Below, piece by piece: positions 7,486 through 17,097 of a stretch of 64,000 nt of DNA; position 1 is the first letter of the stretch; each line of letters begins with the position of its first letter. This DNA comes from a virus (lineage: Duplodnaviria > Caudoviricetes): IMG/VR virus record IMGVR_UViG_2907388146_000002, positions 1 through 64,000 of that record; one strand, 5' to 3'. The notes beneath the pieces are model-generated. The model had not been told where the DNA came from and ran no database searches. It saw only the letters and a list, made by a program, of their open reading frames with translations. The position numbers and the translations under genes are program-made.

Positions 7486-9105
7486 ATGGTGAAACAAGGG
7501 AAAGGCCGGCCGCGTGGGAATGATTATGAAAAAAATCTTGAAAAGAGAATAAGGCTGGAACGATCCAAAGAGATCGGACTTAAAAACGAAGGGATCAATC
7601 AAAGACTCTTACACCTTGCAAAATCCTGGTTTGGTCAAGTGAACACTCCGGAAGTCGCCGGTCGTAATCCAGTATATAACTACGATCAAATGCAACAAAT
7701 TCGTGATGGAATTCAGTTGCGGCCGACATGGCGAATTCCAATCCCCCACCTTCGTAGTGCTAGCTATGGCACTTCTTTAATTTCAGCAATTCATACGGTT
7801 CGCGTTGAGGACTTGAGTAAGTTTGCACGGATCAGTTCGAAATCCGGGCTTTGGTTTCGTATGGAAGACGAGGACGAAGTGGTAACGGATGAAATCACTG
7901 CTCGTATGAAACGATGCGGTAAATGGTTTGATAAGATGGGTGACTTGACGTCCGGTTGGGCGAACCGCGATCACCTAGGTTCTGTTTTCGAAATGATGAC
8001 GAGAGATACTCTCACTATCGATTCAATTGCGTTTTTCCTAATCTTCAATCCTTTTGGAAAGTTAATTGAAATCAGATATTTAGATCCTGCTACGATCTTT
8101 CCCGTTGATCCCGCAAAAGGATACAGAGGCGACCGTTCCGTTGCGTATGTTCAAATCATCGATGACAATATAGTCGAAACGTTTGGAGCGCAGGAAATTC
8201 TTTGGCTTCATAAAAATCATCTCTCAGATGTTTCTATGCGAGGCTTCGGGTTTTCACCATTAGAGGCCTGCATGCTCGATCTCGTTGGAGTTATCAATTC
8301 TCTAAAATTCAATCGCGATACATTTTCCAGACAACATCCTTACGGTTATCTCTCTTTCCAAGGTGATATCAGTCAAGAAGCGTTAGAATCTCTTCAACTT
8401 CAATGGCAAGAAATGATCTCAGGCTTAGATGACTCGCATCGAATTCCAATTTTAGGAACTTCGGCGGGTGAGGTGAAGTGGACTCCATTAAACATTCCGA
8501 ACGAAATGGTGTTCAAAGATCTCATGCAATGGTGCGTAAGCCTTGTACTCATGGGTCACGGAATGGATCAAGCGGAACTAGGTTTAAGGCTCATAGGTTC
8601 ACAGTCCTTATCAGAAGCAAACCAAACTGAAAAAAGTAAGCACTCGATGACTCGTGCAAAACTAAGTCTTCTAACCTATTTCGAATCTGCATTTACGAGA
8701 CTCAAAAATTTTCGAGAAGATGATTTTGGAGGAATCGTTTGCGAATTTAGCGGAAAAGATCCGGAAGATGAGAAAGATAAAATTCAAAAACAAAAAGACG
8801 AAGTAATGAATTGGAAACTTGTAGATGAAATTCGAATCGCACAAGATGATCCGACAGTGGGCGAAACAATCGCTGACCTCTATGGCGTTCCGGTTGAAGA
8901 TTACAAAATGGCCGGTGCCCTCATACTAAATCCAATTTTTCAACAGAATATGATGCAAATCCAGCAAAACGCTGCGGGAGCTGCTCAAAGTCAGGATTAT
9001 TCTGAAATGGGATATGACAAAAATCCCGAACAAAATGAAAACGAAGAATCAAATTATGAATTCGATGAAGAAGAATTTGAACCAGACAAGGATTTAGTTT
9101 TTTAA
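7486..9105 (+). CDS. Portal protein
   Basis: 539 aa; RDTLTIDSIAF, IRYLDPATIFP, GFGFSPLEAC, HRIPIL...VKWTPL portal patterns; acidic C-terminal tail. Confidence 0.88.
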   Translation: MVKQGKGRPRGNDYEKNLEKRIRLERSKEIGLKNEGINQRLLHLAKSWFGQVNTPEVAGRNPVYNYDQMQQIRDGIQLRPTWRIPIPHLRSASYGTSLISAIHTVRVEDLSKFARISSKSGLWFRMEDEDEVVTDEITARMKRCGKWFDKMGDLTSGWANRDHLGSVFEMMTRDTLTIDSIAFFLIFNPFGKLIEIRYLDPATIFPVDPAKGYRGDRSVAYVQIIDDNIVETFGAQEILWLHKNHLSDVSMRGFGFSPLEACMLDLVGVINSLKFNRDTFSRQHPYGYLSFQGDISQEALESLQLQWQEMISGLDDSHRIPILGTSAGEVKWTPLNIPNEMVFKDLMQWCVSLVLMGHGMDQAELGLRLIGSQSLSEANQTEKSKHSMTRAKLSLLTYFESAFTRLKNFREDDFGGIVCEFSGKDPEDEKDKIQKQKDEVMNWKLVDEIRIAQDDPTVGETIADLYGVPVEDYKMAGALILNPIFQQNMMQIQQNAAGAAQSQDYSEMGYDKNPEQNENEESNYEFDEEEFEPDKDLVF

Positions 9106-9145
9106 ATTTATAAAGATACTCGTTTTTAGTTAAAATCCTTCTAGT

Positions 9146-10246
9146 TTATGTAAGATTTAATTTTGCAATACGCGCTCTGGTTTGTCCTCCGACTGTTGAG
9201 AAACCACCCGCTAACCACCAAGTATTGTCATTTAGCGCATACGATGAATCCACACCTAAATCGACTCCACCCGCTGGATACCAGGGGAGTGTTCCGGCAT
9301 TGACGGTACTGACTGCGGCAATCCTATTCCTTGCCACTCCGTTCACAGTTGAAAATATTCCCGTTATGTATAACGTTGTGCCGTTTATCGCAAGTCCTGT
9401 TAGATTGCCTCCGTTTAGATCCGGGTACCAAGAAAGGATTGCTCCTGTCGTCGCATCAATCGCGGCAATTCCAAATCGTAATGTACTATTTAGAGAAATA
9501 AATGTCCCCCCAACATAGACCGTATTGCCACTTCGAAGAATGGCAAAGACGTAATTGTTTCCCGATCCATTTGTAGGATTCCATGCTAGAACGCTTCCTG
9601 TAGTCGGGTCAACAGCGGCTAAAAGAGTTCTTGCCTGTCCTCCGACAGACGTGAATCCCCCACCTAAATAAAGGACTCCGTTACTTAAATACAAAACGTT
9701 TAAGGAAAAATTGACCCCACCTGTCGGATACCAAGCCAAGGTTGCTCCTGTATTTGTATCCACAGCTCCAATATTTGTTCGAGCCGTACCGCCAATTGAT
9801 GAAAAGACTCCACCGATATATAATGTAGTTCCGGATAAAACTAGGCACTTTCCTACTGTTAAACCGCCAAGTCCGCCTGCCGGATACCAAGACAAGACCG
9901 CACCCGTAGTTGCGTCTAACGCGACAATTCCGTTTCTCGTAACTCCTCCGATCGAAGTAAATGCACCGGCTACATAGAGAGTATTTCCATTCAAAGCCAT
10001 TCCCAATACGTCTGAATTTGCGCCACCTGTTGGATACCAAGACAGAACGTTTCCAGTGGTTGCATCAATGGCCGCAATTCGATTCCTTGTTTGTCCACCG
10101 ATCGATGTGAAATATCCTCCTACATAGATTGTATTTCCGGATTGAACCATTGCTTTGATATAGTTCTGTACTCCTCCTGTAGGGTAAGCCGGATCTAAAA
10201 TAGGCTTTGGAACTTGATTTTTAAAAAATCCGAAAGGAAGAAACAT
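9146..10246 (-). CDS. Seven-repeat beta-propeller, putative tail-tip adhesin
   Basis: Seven ~50-aa repeats (WYPxGG...TLYVGGxFTSIGGxxRxxIAAxDxTTG) after a short MFLPFGFF leader; directly downstream of tail fibre genes. Confidence 0.75.
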   Translation of the reverse strand: MFLPFGFFKNQVPKPILDPAYPTGGVQNYIKAMVQSGNTIYVGGYFTSIGGQTRNRIAAIDATTGNVLSWYPTGGANSDVLGMALNGNTLYVAGAFTSIGGVTRNGIVALDATTGAVLSWYPAGGLGGLTVGKCLVLSGTTLYIGGVFSSIGGTARTNIGAVDTNTGATLAWYPTGGVNFSLNVLYLSNGVLYLGGGFTSVGGQARTLLAAVDPTTGSVLAWNPTNGSGNNYVFAILRSGNTVYVGGTFISLNSTLRFGIAAIDATTGAILSWYPDLNGGNLTGLAINGTTLYITGIFSTVNGVARNRIAAVSTVNAGTLPWYPAGGVDLGVDSSYALNDNTWWLAGGFSTVGGQTRARIAKLNLT

Positions 10247-10250
10247 TCAT

Positions 10251-11615
10251 TTAACCCATGCTTAAAACAGCCGATCCAAAAATTTGACCATTGATTTTGA
10301 TAAAAGTAAAAATATCTTTTCGAGAAGCTGTAGAAGTCGGGGTCGGGACTGTTGTCCCCGGCCAAAGAAAAGTTCCACCGGCCCATGTGATCGTATACGC
10401 AGAACCCGTGGATTCTAAGACTACGTTTACAACTTCATTCTCTGTTAAATTTGAAAGTGTGATCGTTGCTGTTCCTCCTGTGATTCTGAATAGGTTTGCA
10501 CTGGAACAATCGATAGTCTTACTCCCCGCAGTAAGAAGAGCGGTCGTCGGAGATGATTGTCTCACATAATCCGTGATTGTTTTCATTCCGGGTGTATTCA
10601 ATGCACCTGGTGGAGGAACTGTCTTTAGTCCGGTTGTGGTTGAGGAGTCATACGCGAGTAACTCGTTATCAGCACCGACTGGGAAGGCTACAAAGTTTCC
10701 CGATCCGTTGCGCGTTATTAATTGTCCTTTCGAGGTTATCGTTTTTTCTAAAGTATGAATAAGATCAATGTCTGTGCGAGTTCCTAAAAATAAACCTTGA
10801 GATTGTACAACATTTCCATTGATAAGTCCGGAGGCTCCGTAATTTGTAACGTTTAAGGTTCCAGATGCGCTACTCTTGATTAAGTTTGTTTCAACATTAC
10901 AAAGACCTGATAGAGTAATGATCCCAAGAAGCCGGTTGTTTAAAGAAAATAGAGAGTCCCCAGGACCGACGATTTGGGAATTACACATAAAGATCGTTAA
11001 GGAGCCGGTATAAAAATCGACTCCGTTCGAGGAAGTTCCATTGTATTGGATACTTGCGTCAATCATCGTGAACGCATTTGTCCCCGAGTTATCATTAAAA
11101 TGAGATGCGAATTTGAGATTTAATCCTCTGATCTCTAAAGGCCATGTACTCAGTAAGAATCCGGATGTGAATGAAACATCGGTATACGTTGCTTTTTTGT
11201 ATCTTGGAAGAAGGATGAATTCAGAAAAATTTATGTTATCGACCGGAATCACTATTTCTTGGAGAGAGTCGTCGAATTGAATGTATTTCAATCCTTGAAT
11301 ATTTTGTGTCGCGGACATCATAGTCGTCCAGTCATTATATACGTTTCCGGATGGAGTCGTTTCTCCCGGTCGAAAGATAAATACGTTTCCTCCTCCGACA
11401 ACCGGAGGCCGTTGACTTAGAGTTAAAATTCCATTGGAATCAAGAGTCGCAAGACCGTTTGGCACTCCCTTCGAAGAAACATTCAATTTTGTATTTAAAG
11501 AAGTTTGAAGCGTTGCGTCTGCGTTGACTCTGGCTGATACTTCCGCAGATACAAGATTGTCGGTGTATGCACGCAAGGCATTGTCTTTTAAATAATCATT
11601 TTTAAAAGATTTCAT
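10251..11615 (-). CDS. Tail fibre protein (distal)
   Basis: GLATLDSNG, SKGQLITRNG...VGADNELLAYDSS and C-terminal TITWAGGTFLWPGTTVPTPTSTASRKDIFTF tail-fibre motifs. Confidence 0.75.
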   Translation of the reverse strand: MKSFKNDYLKDNALRAYTDNLVSAEVSARVNADATLQTSLNTKLNVSSKGVPNGLATLDSNGILTLSQRPPVVGGGNVFIFRPGETTPSGNVYNDWTTMMSATQNIQGLKYIQFDDSLQEIVIPVDNINFSEFILLPRYKKATYTDVSFTSGFLLSTWPLEIRGLNLKFASHFNDNSGTNAFTMIDASIQYNGTSSNGVDFYTGSLTIFMCNSQIVGPGDSLFSLNNRLLGIITLSGLCNVETNLIKSSASGTLNVTNYGASGLINGNVVQSQGLFLGTRTDIDLIHTLEKTITSKGQLITRNGSGNFVAFPVGADNELLAYDSSTTTGLKTVPPPGALNTPGMKTITDYVRQSSPTTALLTAGSKTIDCSSANLFRITGGTATITLSNLTENEVVNVVLESTGSAYTITWAGGTFLWPGTTVPTPTSTASRKDIFTFIKINGQIFGSAVLSMG

Positions 11616-13123
11616 TTGTGCTCAACCTTGAACCTGACTGCGCGTATTTGAAAGAGCGAATTCCCACTGAATTGAACTGACACAAGACCTGAATCGTTAT
11701 AAAAGAGTGTGTTCGCACCTCCCGAAGTTGAAAAAGAAAACCATTTCCCGGACCCATCACTCACAGAAGCGATCACAGATAAAATATTGTTCCCGAGACC
11801 CGTAGAAACAGAACAAAGACCGGACGAATCGGTTGTCCCTTCAAACCATGCGTTTTTTACAAGGGTACCTACAGAAGCATTTCCAACTCCTTCTTGCATC
11901 GTGCCGACTAACGCAACACTTTGAAGAATCGTTAAATCTTTTGTGTCGGCGTATTCTTTAACCGCTCTTGCGGAAGGAGAAAGAGAGGTTTCAGTAAAAA
12001 GGGGAGAATCAGTGATAAAACCACTGGAAGGAGAAACGTTGTTATACGCAGGAATAGAAAGAAAATACCAACTTCCTTTTTGAGCGGAGTAAGCAAGTTC
12101 CCAATATCCACCGTCTAAATCTAATTGCCAATCTTCAGGCAGATCCTCAATCAGTTGGCCGTTTCTTAAAACAGTGATAGTGTGAGTTCCGGCTAGATTC
12201 GAAATGTCTAAAATTCCAACGACTACGTTGTCATCTGGACTTAGTGGAAGAGTAATTGAAATACCTCCTCCGGAGATGTCGCATAACACGCGTTCATATT
12301 TGGAAGCCGAATATGAACCGCTTTGAAGTAGTGAATTTTTAAGAGATCCAAAATTCGTTCTCCAAGTTCCGTCTCCGGATAAGAAACGTTCTCTGTCTAC
12401 AATGAGTGGAACGGGTACTAAACCTTTCGCTCCGTCGATCGTATTAGTCGCACCGATGAAAGGATCATCTAAGGCAATCGTTCCGTTCTTATCAGGTAAA
12501 AAATAAGATTTAGCGGCCGTCGCAAGGGAACGAATCACACTTACTATCGAGCTATTTGAAACTAGCTGTATTCCTGGATTTCCGGGATCATTCGAAAGCC
12601 CTGGAAATCCATTCCCCAAATTTTTTTCAGAACGTAATTGATATTGTGGATGATCGTCGTTAGACGCTAAACCTAAAAGTTGGGAATGCTGTTGTATGCG
12701 AGCTGTAGTTTTTAACCACCTACCCGGATTCGGTAATACTATATCATTGGGAATAATACTTCTAGTTACGTCTTGCGGATCGGGTACAGCGGCAGTTGAT
12801 TCGGAATCGAATTGATAAAATGCGAGTTCATCCTCTACCTCTCTAATCTGTTTATCTTTTCGATCGAAGGAAGAAATCGCTCTTAGATCCGCTAAAGATT
12901 GAACGTGCGTATTCCAATTAGAAAGAACTTGTTGTTTGATCCAGTCTAGGTTGACTGCGTCATTTCCAAATTGAGGCGCGGCAACTCTCAGAGTTCCAAA
13001 ATCGGAATCATCCGGAAGGCGTATGTCCAAACCGGAAGATGATCCTTTGATATGAGGACCACCCTTTCCGATTCGAACTTGGTTTCCAATCCCTTTGAGT
13101 AAGAAATCAAAAACAGAATTCAT
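11612..13123 (-). CDS. Tail fibre protein (proximal)
   Basis: DDHPQY, GLVPVP....FLSGDGTW and DISGGGISITLPLSP...TITVLRNG fibre motifs; start reassigned to ATG 13123 (TAATG overlap). Confidence 0.75.
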   Translation of the reverse strand: MNSVFDFLLKGIGNQVRIGKGGPHIKGSSSGLDIRLPDDSDFGTLRVAAPQFGNDAVNLDWIKQQVLSNWNTHVQSLADLRAISSFDRKDKQIREVEDELAFYQFDSESTAAVPDPQDVTRSIIPNDIVLPNPGRWLKTTARIQQHSQLLGLASNDDHPQYQLRSEKNLGNGFPGLSNDPGNPGIQLVSNSSIVSVIRSLATAAKSYFLPDKNGTIALDDPFIGATNTIDGAKGLVPVPLIVDRERFLSGDGTWRTNFGSLKNSLLQSGSYSASKYERVLCDISGGGISITLPLSPDDNVVVGILDISNLAGTHTITVLRNGQLIEDLPEDWQLDLDGGYWELAYSAQKGSWYFLSIPAYNNVSPSSGFITDSPLFTETSLSPSARAVKEYADTKDLTILQSVALVGTMQEGVGNASVGTLVKNAWFEGTTDSSGLCSVSTGLGNNILSVIASVSDGSGKWFSFSTSGGANTLFYNDSGLVSVQFSGNSLFQIRAVRFKVEHK

Positions 13124-13512
13124 TATCCCAAATAAACTTCTACTAAAACTTGATTCGTATCGTAGGTGGTTGCGACTCTCAAAGAGGTAAGTCCTCCGGT
13201 CCAAGCCATAAACCCTTGAGGTAAAGGATGGTCGATCGCGGATCCGTTTATACGAACAATAATTGGCGCGGGATCGTCTTTTTTTACACCGATCGCTGTG
13301 TCATCGGCGAGGTAAGTTGCAAGAATGAGAACGTATTTAAACTGAATCCCTGTAGGAATCGGGATCGTAACTAAATTGTCTGTTTGTTTGAAAGCCTTAG
13401 TAAGTTTTTGAGGTTGTTGAACCTGGAATTCTTGAGCGAATTCTTCAACCTCTCTTTCGATTGCAACGCCGGTTCTATTGAATAACTGAAAAAGGACACG
13501 ATGTATTTCCAT
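13123..13512 (-). CDS. Hypothetical virion protein
   Basis: 129-aa ORF heading the tail fibre operon. Confidence 0.6.
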   Translation of the reverse strand: MEIHRVLFQLFNRTGVAIEREVEEFAQEFQVQQPQKLTKAFKQTDNLVTIPIPTGIQFKYVLILATYLADDTAIGVKKDDPAPIIVRINGSAIDHPLPQGFMAWTGGLTSLRVATTYDTNQVLVEVYLG

Positions 13513-13518
13513 TCCTCT

Positions 13519-13544
13519 ATTTTGAAGTGGAATAAAATATCGGA
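13519..13544 (-). promoter_or_regulatory. Putative late promoter (tail fibre operon)
   Basis: TCCGAT-N14-CAAAAT, 6 nt to ATG. Confidence 0.6.
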
Positions 13545-13553
13545 GTAGTTAGG

Positions 13554-15269
13554 CTATTTAGATCGTACCAAAAGTCCTGCTGGATTTGTGAGAGTCGCGA
13601 GTTTTCCAAGACCGCCCATCATGTCTCCTAAAGCTCCACCGAAATCTCCTTTAGCAAGTTTGTCTATAGTTCCGACAAGCGAAGTGATTTGTCCGGAGAT
13701 TACAGGAATTACAGACTTTTCAATATTTGAGACTGTCGTTGCTAAACTTTGCATCGCGCCCTTGTTTTCGTTGAATAAATCAATCATCGCTTTATTCATA
13801 TCGTATCCTATTTGTGCGGCTTGTGCTCCAACGTCGGTCGCAAAGGTTTCTTTTTTTGCATTATCGAGACTAAGTCCCTTGTTAAACCCTGCGTCAATTT
13901 TTGAGTTATCTGATTTGATGTCGTTGTATCCGAATTTCATTCCGGCCATCTCGGAAAAACTTCCACCTTGAAGTTTGTTTACTAGTCCGCGAGTCGTTGC
14001 ATCGAGTCCGCTCATTGCCGAAGACATATATTTTCCGGGACTTAGTTCGGATTCTCTGATTGCTTTTATCACGTCTCCACCGTTTGCTTTCAATGCTTCT
14101 GCCATGGAAAGGGATCCAAAAACTCCCCCTCCAAAAGCCCCTTGTCTTCCTTGATCGGAAAGCTGTTCGGACAGTGCCATACGTCTTGAAGGATCTATAT
14201 TGATTCCGTCTGTTCTTTGCATACCGGCTGAGAATTTAGCGTAGTCGCTTATATCTCCTGAAAATCCTTTCCCTCTTAAATTTTCAGAAATGGTCGCGAG
14301 TTTTGAGATATATTCGGATTGTCTCAAACCCTGAAATCCCGAAGCCGAAGCACCTCCGCGTAGAAATCCAATGTCTGCATTTTTTGAATCTTTTCGAATC
14401 GTCTCTAACTCTTTAACAACCTCAGCGATTCCTTTACCTTGAGAGGCGGCAAATATCATTGTTTTAGAATCAATTTGGTTTCCTTTCCCAAAAATATTTT
14501 CACCTGTTACTCGACCCCTTGTTACGTTTGCTTGTGCGAGCTCTGAGTTTGCGAAGTGCCCTCCTCCACCCCCAACGTAACCGCCGGTCGCGCCTATTGT
14601 TCCGGACTGACTTTGCATAGCGGCGTGATACTGTTCCCCGATTGCAGAGATTGTTTTTAAAACTCCTCCCGCAATTGCAAAAGCGGCTCCGGCGATCGGA
14701 ATCGCGGCTCCCATGAGTGAAAAATTATTTCCTCTGACAGAACCTCCGTCGCCTCCTGATCCACCCCCTCCTACAGATCCCGGAATTCCTGAGAGACCAC
14801 CTTTATCAAAATTTGCATGTTGGATTTTAATTTCGGCTTTTTGAAGTTGAAGCTGTTTTGCGGAGGTGAGACCGATTCCACTTGGATTCGAATTAGGAGA
14901 AGACTCTTCCTCTTCGCCGTCTTTCTTCTTTTTCTTTTTTCGAAATAGTTCGCGACCGGCAGAAATCTTCTTATCAAGAGTATTAAAAAAACCACCGTTT
15001 TGAGTTTCGTCTAAATCAGATCCATCGGCTCCCACTTTCGAAGCCATAGCACTTCCACCGGCATACCGGGATGCGGCCTCGAGTTTCTTTTTTTCAGAAC
15101 TTCTGCCACCGTTTCCGCTCCCACTGGAAGATCCTTTTTTTTCTGGAACTTTCCCGCGACCGAATACAGGAATTCCTTTTTTCCCCTTTTTTGCAATTCG
15201 GTCGTATTCTTTTTCTACTGACTTGAAGTCAGGCGTTGCCTTGACTTTTATATTTAAGGATTCAGCCAT
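13554..15269 (-). CDS. Tape measure protein
   Basis: 571 aa, Gly/Ala-rich helical; follows the tail assembly chaperone. Confidence 0.7.
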   Translation of the reverse strand: MAESLNIKVKATPDFKSVEKEYDRIAKKGKKGIPVFGRGKVPEKKGSSSGSGNGGRSSEKKKLEAASRYAGGSAMASKVGADGSDLDETQNGGFFNTLDKKISAGRELFRKKKKKKDGEEEESSPNSNPSGIGLTSAKQLQLQKAEIKIQHANFDKGGLSGIPGSVGGGGSGGDGGSVRGNNFSLMGAAIPIAGAAFAIAGGVLKTISAIGEQYHAAMQSQSGTIGATGGYVGGGGGHFANSELAQANVTRGRVTGENIFGKGNQIDSKTMIFAASQGKGIAEVVKELETIRKDSKNADIGFLRGGASASGFQGLRQSEYISKLATISENLRGKGFSGDISDYAKFSAGMQRTDGINIDPSRRMALSEQLSDQGRQGAFGGGVFGSLSMAEALKANGGDVIKAIRESELSPGKYMSSAMSGLDATTRGLVNKLQGGSFSEMAGMKFGYNDIKSDNSKIDAGFNKGLSLDNAKKETFATDVGAQAAQIGYDMNKAMIDLFNENKGAMQSLATTVSNIEKSVIPVISGQITSLVGTIDKLAKGDFGGALGDMMGGLGKLATLTNPAGLLVRSK

Positions 15270-15637
15270 AGAACTTTAATTCGCTATCGATTCTGTCTAA
15301 AAGTTCTTTTCGTTTTAATTCCCCTTCACTCGTGAGCATGTCTTGTGAGTACCCGGCCTCTGCCTCCAGGATATGAGCCATTGCTGGGCTTATATTCTCT
15401 AGGAATTCCATCGGTTTCATCTTCAGAACTTGGCGTTTCTGAGACTTTAGTTTCGATCTCATTAGAAGATTCGGAAGGTCTAATCTGGCTGTCGCTTCGA
15501 GGATGAATCTCTTTTGTTCGAGAAACAGATTTCCCAAATGAGTAACCCCTTTCGGAAGTATTTTCATCTGGTTCATAAGAAATAGGTCGAGAAGATTCTC
15601 TTCGTCGTTCAGTGCGTCGAGCGTCCCTATTTTTTTT
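15262..15637 (-). CDS. Frameshift-accessed C-terminal frame of tail assembly chaperone (T-like)
   Basis: Frame opens exactly at the A9 run (KKIGTLDALNDEENLLDLFLMNQ...) and its TGA overlaps the tape-measure ATG. Confidence 0.65.
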
Positions 15638-15973
15638 TAACTCTGATTTAAACCAGTTCTCTTTTCTTTCGTATTCTTTGAAGAGTCTGATCACAAACTC
15701 TTTGTCTCTTATCTGTTCAAAGGTTTGAATGTCAGGAATTGGAAAGGATTCCGGAATATCCTTTATTACATGGTTTAAAGTAGCGATTGCGTAGATATAT
15801 CCGTAAGTTGTGTTTGGAATTGATTCAAGCGATGCCCCGTTTAATCGTTTCGCAACAGCGATTTCAATATCGAGTTCAGTACTTGGATCTGCGATATCCG
15901 CTTCGAATTTGTAAGAGTCGCCTTCGTATTTTACATTCAGGACCACTCTCTTGTTAGGTTCAAGAATTCTCAT
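15326..15973 (-). CDS. Tail assembly chaperone (G-like)
   Basis: Position between tube and tape measure; ordered N-terminal ~115 aa, low-complexity tail after the A9 run at 15630-15638. Confidence 0.7.
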   Translation of the reverse strand: MRILEPNKRVVLNVKYEGDSYKFEADIADPSTELDIEIAVAKRLNGASLESIPNTTYGYIYAIATLNHVIKDIPESFPIPDIQTFEQIRDKEFVIRLFKEYERKENWFKSELKKNRDARRTERRRESSRPISYEPDENTSERGYSFGKSVSRTKEIHPRSDSQIRPSESSNEIETKVSETPSSEDETDGIPREYKPSNGSYPGGRGRVLTRHAHE

Positions 15974-15980
15974 TCTCCAA

Positions 15981-16006
15981 ATTTTAGGGAGTATTCAGGT
16001 ATCGGA
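15981..16006 (-). promoter_or_regulatory. Putative late promoter (chaperone/tape measure)
   Basis: TCCGAT-N14-TAAAAT, 7 nt to ATG. Confidence 0.65.
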
Positions 16007-16065
16007 AAAGTATATCGCCCCTTTAGGGCGCGCGGGCTATTTCGAAAGAGGTAGCCCTTGCTTTA

Positions 16066-16599
16066 TTAGGAATTTCTAAGTGACAATTCGTAATCCTTCA
16101 AATCAAAATATAGGAAAACATTCCTACTATTTGGAAGTTCATCTTCTTCATAGTGTATAAATTGATTTTTCTCATAAAAAGAAACCGCATCTCTTCTCGA
16201 ATGGACAATAATAAAGCGGCACCCTGTTTTGTTTTTTGTAATAAACCAAGTCTTGATTAAATCTATAGCAATTCTTCCATATCCTTGATTACGAAATTCA
16301 GAATGCGTTGCAAACTTTCCAATCAATACAGCAGGATAGACTTTGTGCCTTGCATTAGGTACAATTAGACTTTCAATGTCGATTGAGGTTTTGATAGCGT
16401 TGTTGCTGAGGGAGAAACCAACCAAGGGAGATTCGATTCCGTTCTTATGAAGGAAGTAAGTTTTTGCGGTTAATTCTTCTTCATTATCTTTGGCATGTTC
16501 TTTAAAATATTTTTCTAAATCTCGATCACAATTAAACTTTTCGAGATTTGTATCAAAAATGTTTTTAAGATAGAAATCTCCGAAACTTGGTAGATCCAC
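16066..16599 (-). CDS. GNAT acetyltransferase (putative TA toxin)
   Basis: YPAVLIGKFATHSEFRNQGYGR acetyl-CoA motif, CRFIIVHS...AVSFYEKNQF; likely GTG start at 16599. Confidence 0.8.
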   Translation of the reverse strand: MDLPSFGDFYLKNIFDTNLEKFNCDRDLEKYFKEHAKDNEEELTAKTYFLHKNGIESPLVGFSLSNNAIKTSIDIESLIVPNARHKVYPAVLIGKFATHSEFRNQGYGRIAIDLIKTWFITKNKTGCRFIIVHSRRDAVSFYEKNQFIHYEEDELPNSRNVFLYFDLKDYELSLRNS

Positions 16600-16606
16600 G
16601 AGGAAA

Positions 16607-16765
16607 TTATTTTTGTTTATTTTTTTCTGAAAGAGCTGAATATATTTTTTTTTGCTGTTCAGACACAACTAGCACAGGACGTTCTGAAGAGTCCGCTCTT
16701 TCAATGAAACGTTTTGCTTTCTCGCCTGTTAGCGTTGGAATTTTTTGAATTGGAGTCGCTGCCAT
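16607..16765 (-). CDS. Small putative antitoxin for the GNAT
   Basis: 52 aa MAATPIQKIPTLTGEKAKRF..., immediately upstream of the GNAT gene. Confidence 0.6.
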   Translation of the reverse strand: MAATPIQKIPTLTGEKAKRFIERADSSERPVLVVSEQQKKIYSALSEKNKQK

Positions 16766-17097
16766 TTTTTGCTCTTTATTATTAGAATCGGACCAAACTG
16801 GAAAAGACAAAAGGATCCAAAACTTTTAGAAATTTTCCCTAATACCAGCTTGCGACTACTAAACTTTTGTTTATTAATATCCGTCTACTTCCAAAGATCA
16901 ACCTGTTCTCCTTTTTTGCCAACTAATAAATTGCCTATTACTTGGTCCTATAAAAACAGTCATCCGAAAAGAAATTTCGCATCTATACTCAAAATCATTA
17001 AACATTTTGAATTCAGTTTATCTACAGTTAAGAACCTATTAAGGGTTATCTTAGATAATTGAGCAGAATTTTGTTAAAGGGACCATTCTAAATTCTT

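Noticed and set aside
9146-10246. Repeats as a possible DGR template/variable region or CRISPR-like array
   Set aside because: The repeats are protein-level propeller blades with divergent DNA. No reverse transcriptase, adenine-specific variant pair or spacer array was seen anywhere in the window.
16001-16025. sigma28-type TAAA-N15-(T)CCGATA reading of the late motif
   Set aside because: The TAAA -35 is present at only this one copy of those checked. It is kept only as an alternative hypothesis.
16787-16792. TCCGAT upstream of the GNAT antitoxin
   Set aside because: The 14-nt-spaced hexamer is GCAAAA and the distance to ATG is 27 nt, which does not fit the late-promoter geometry.
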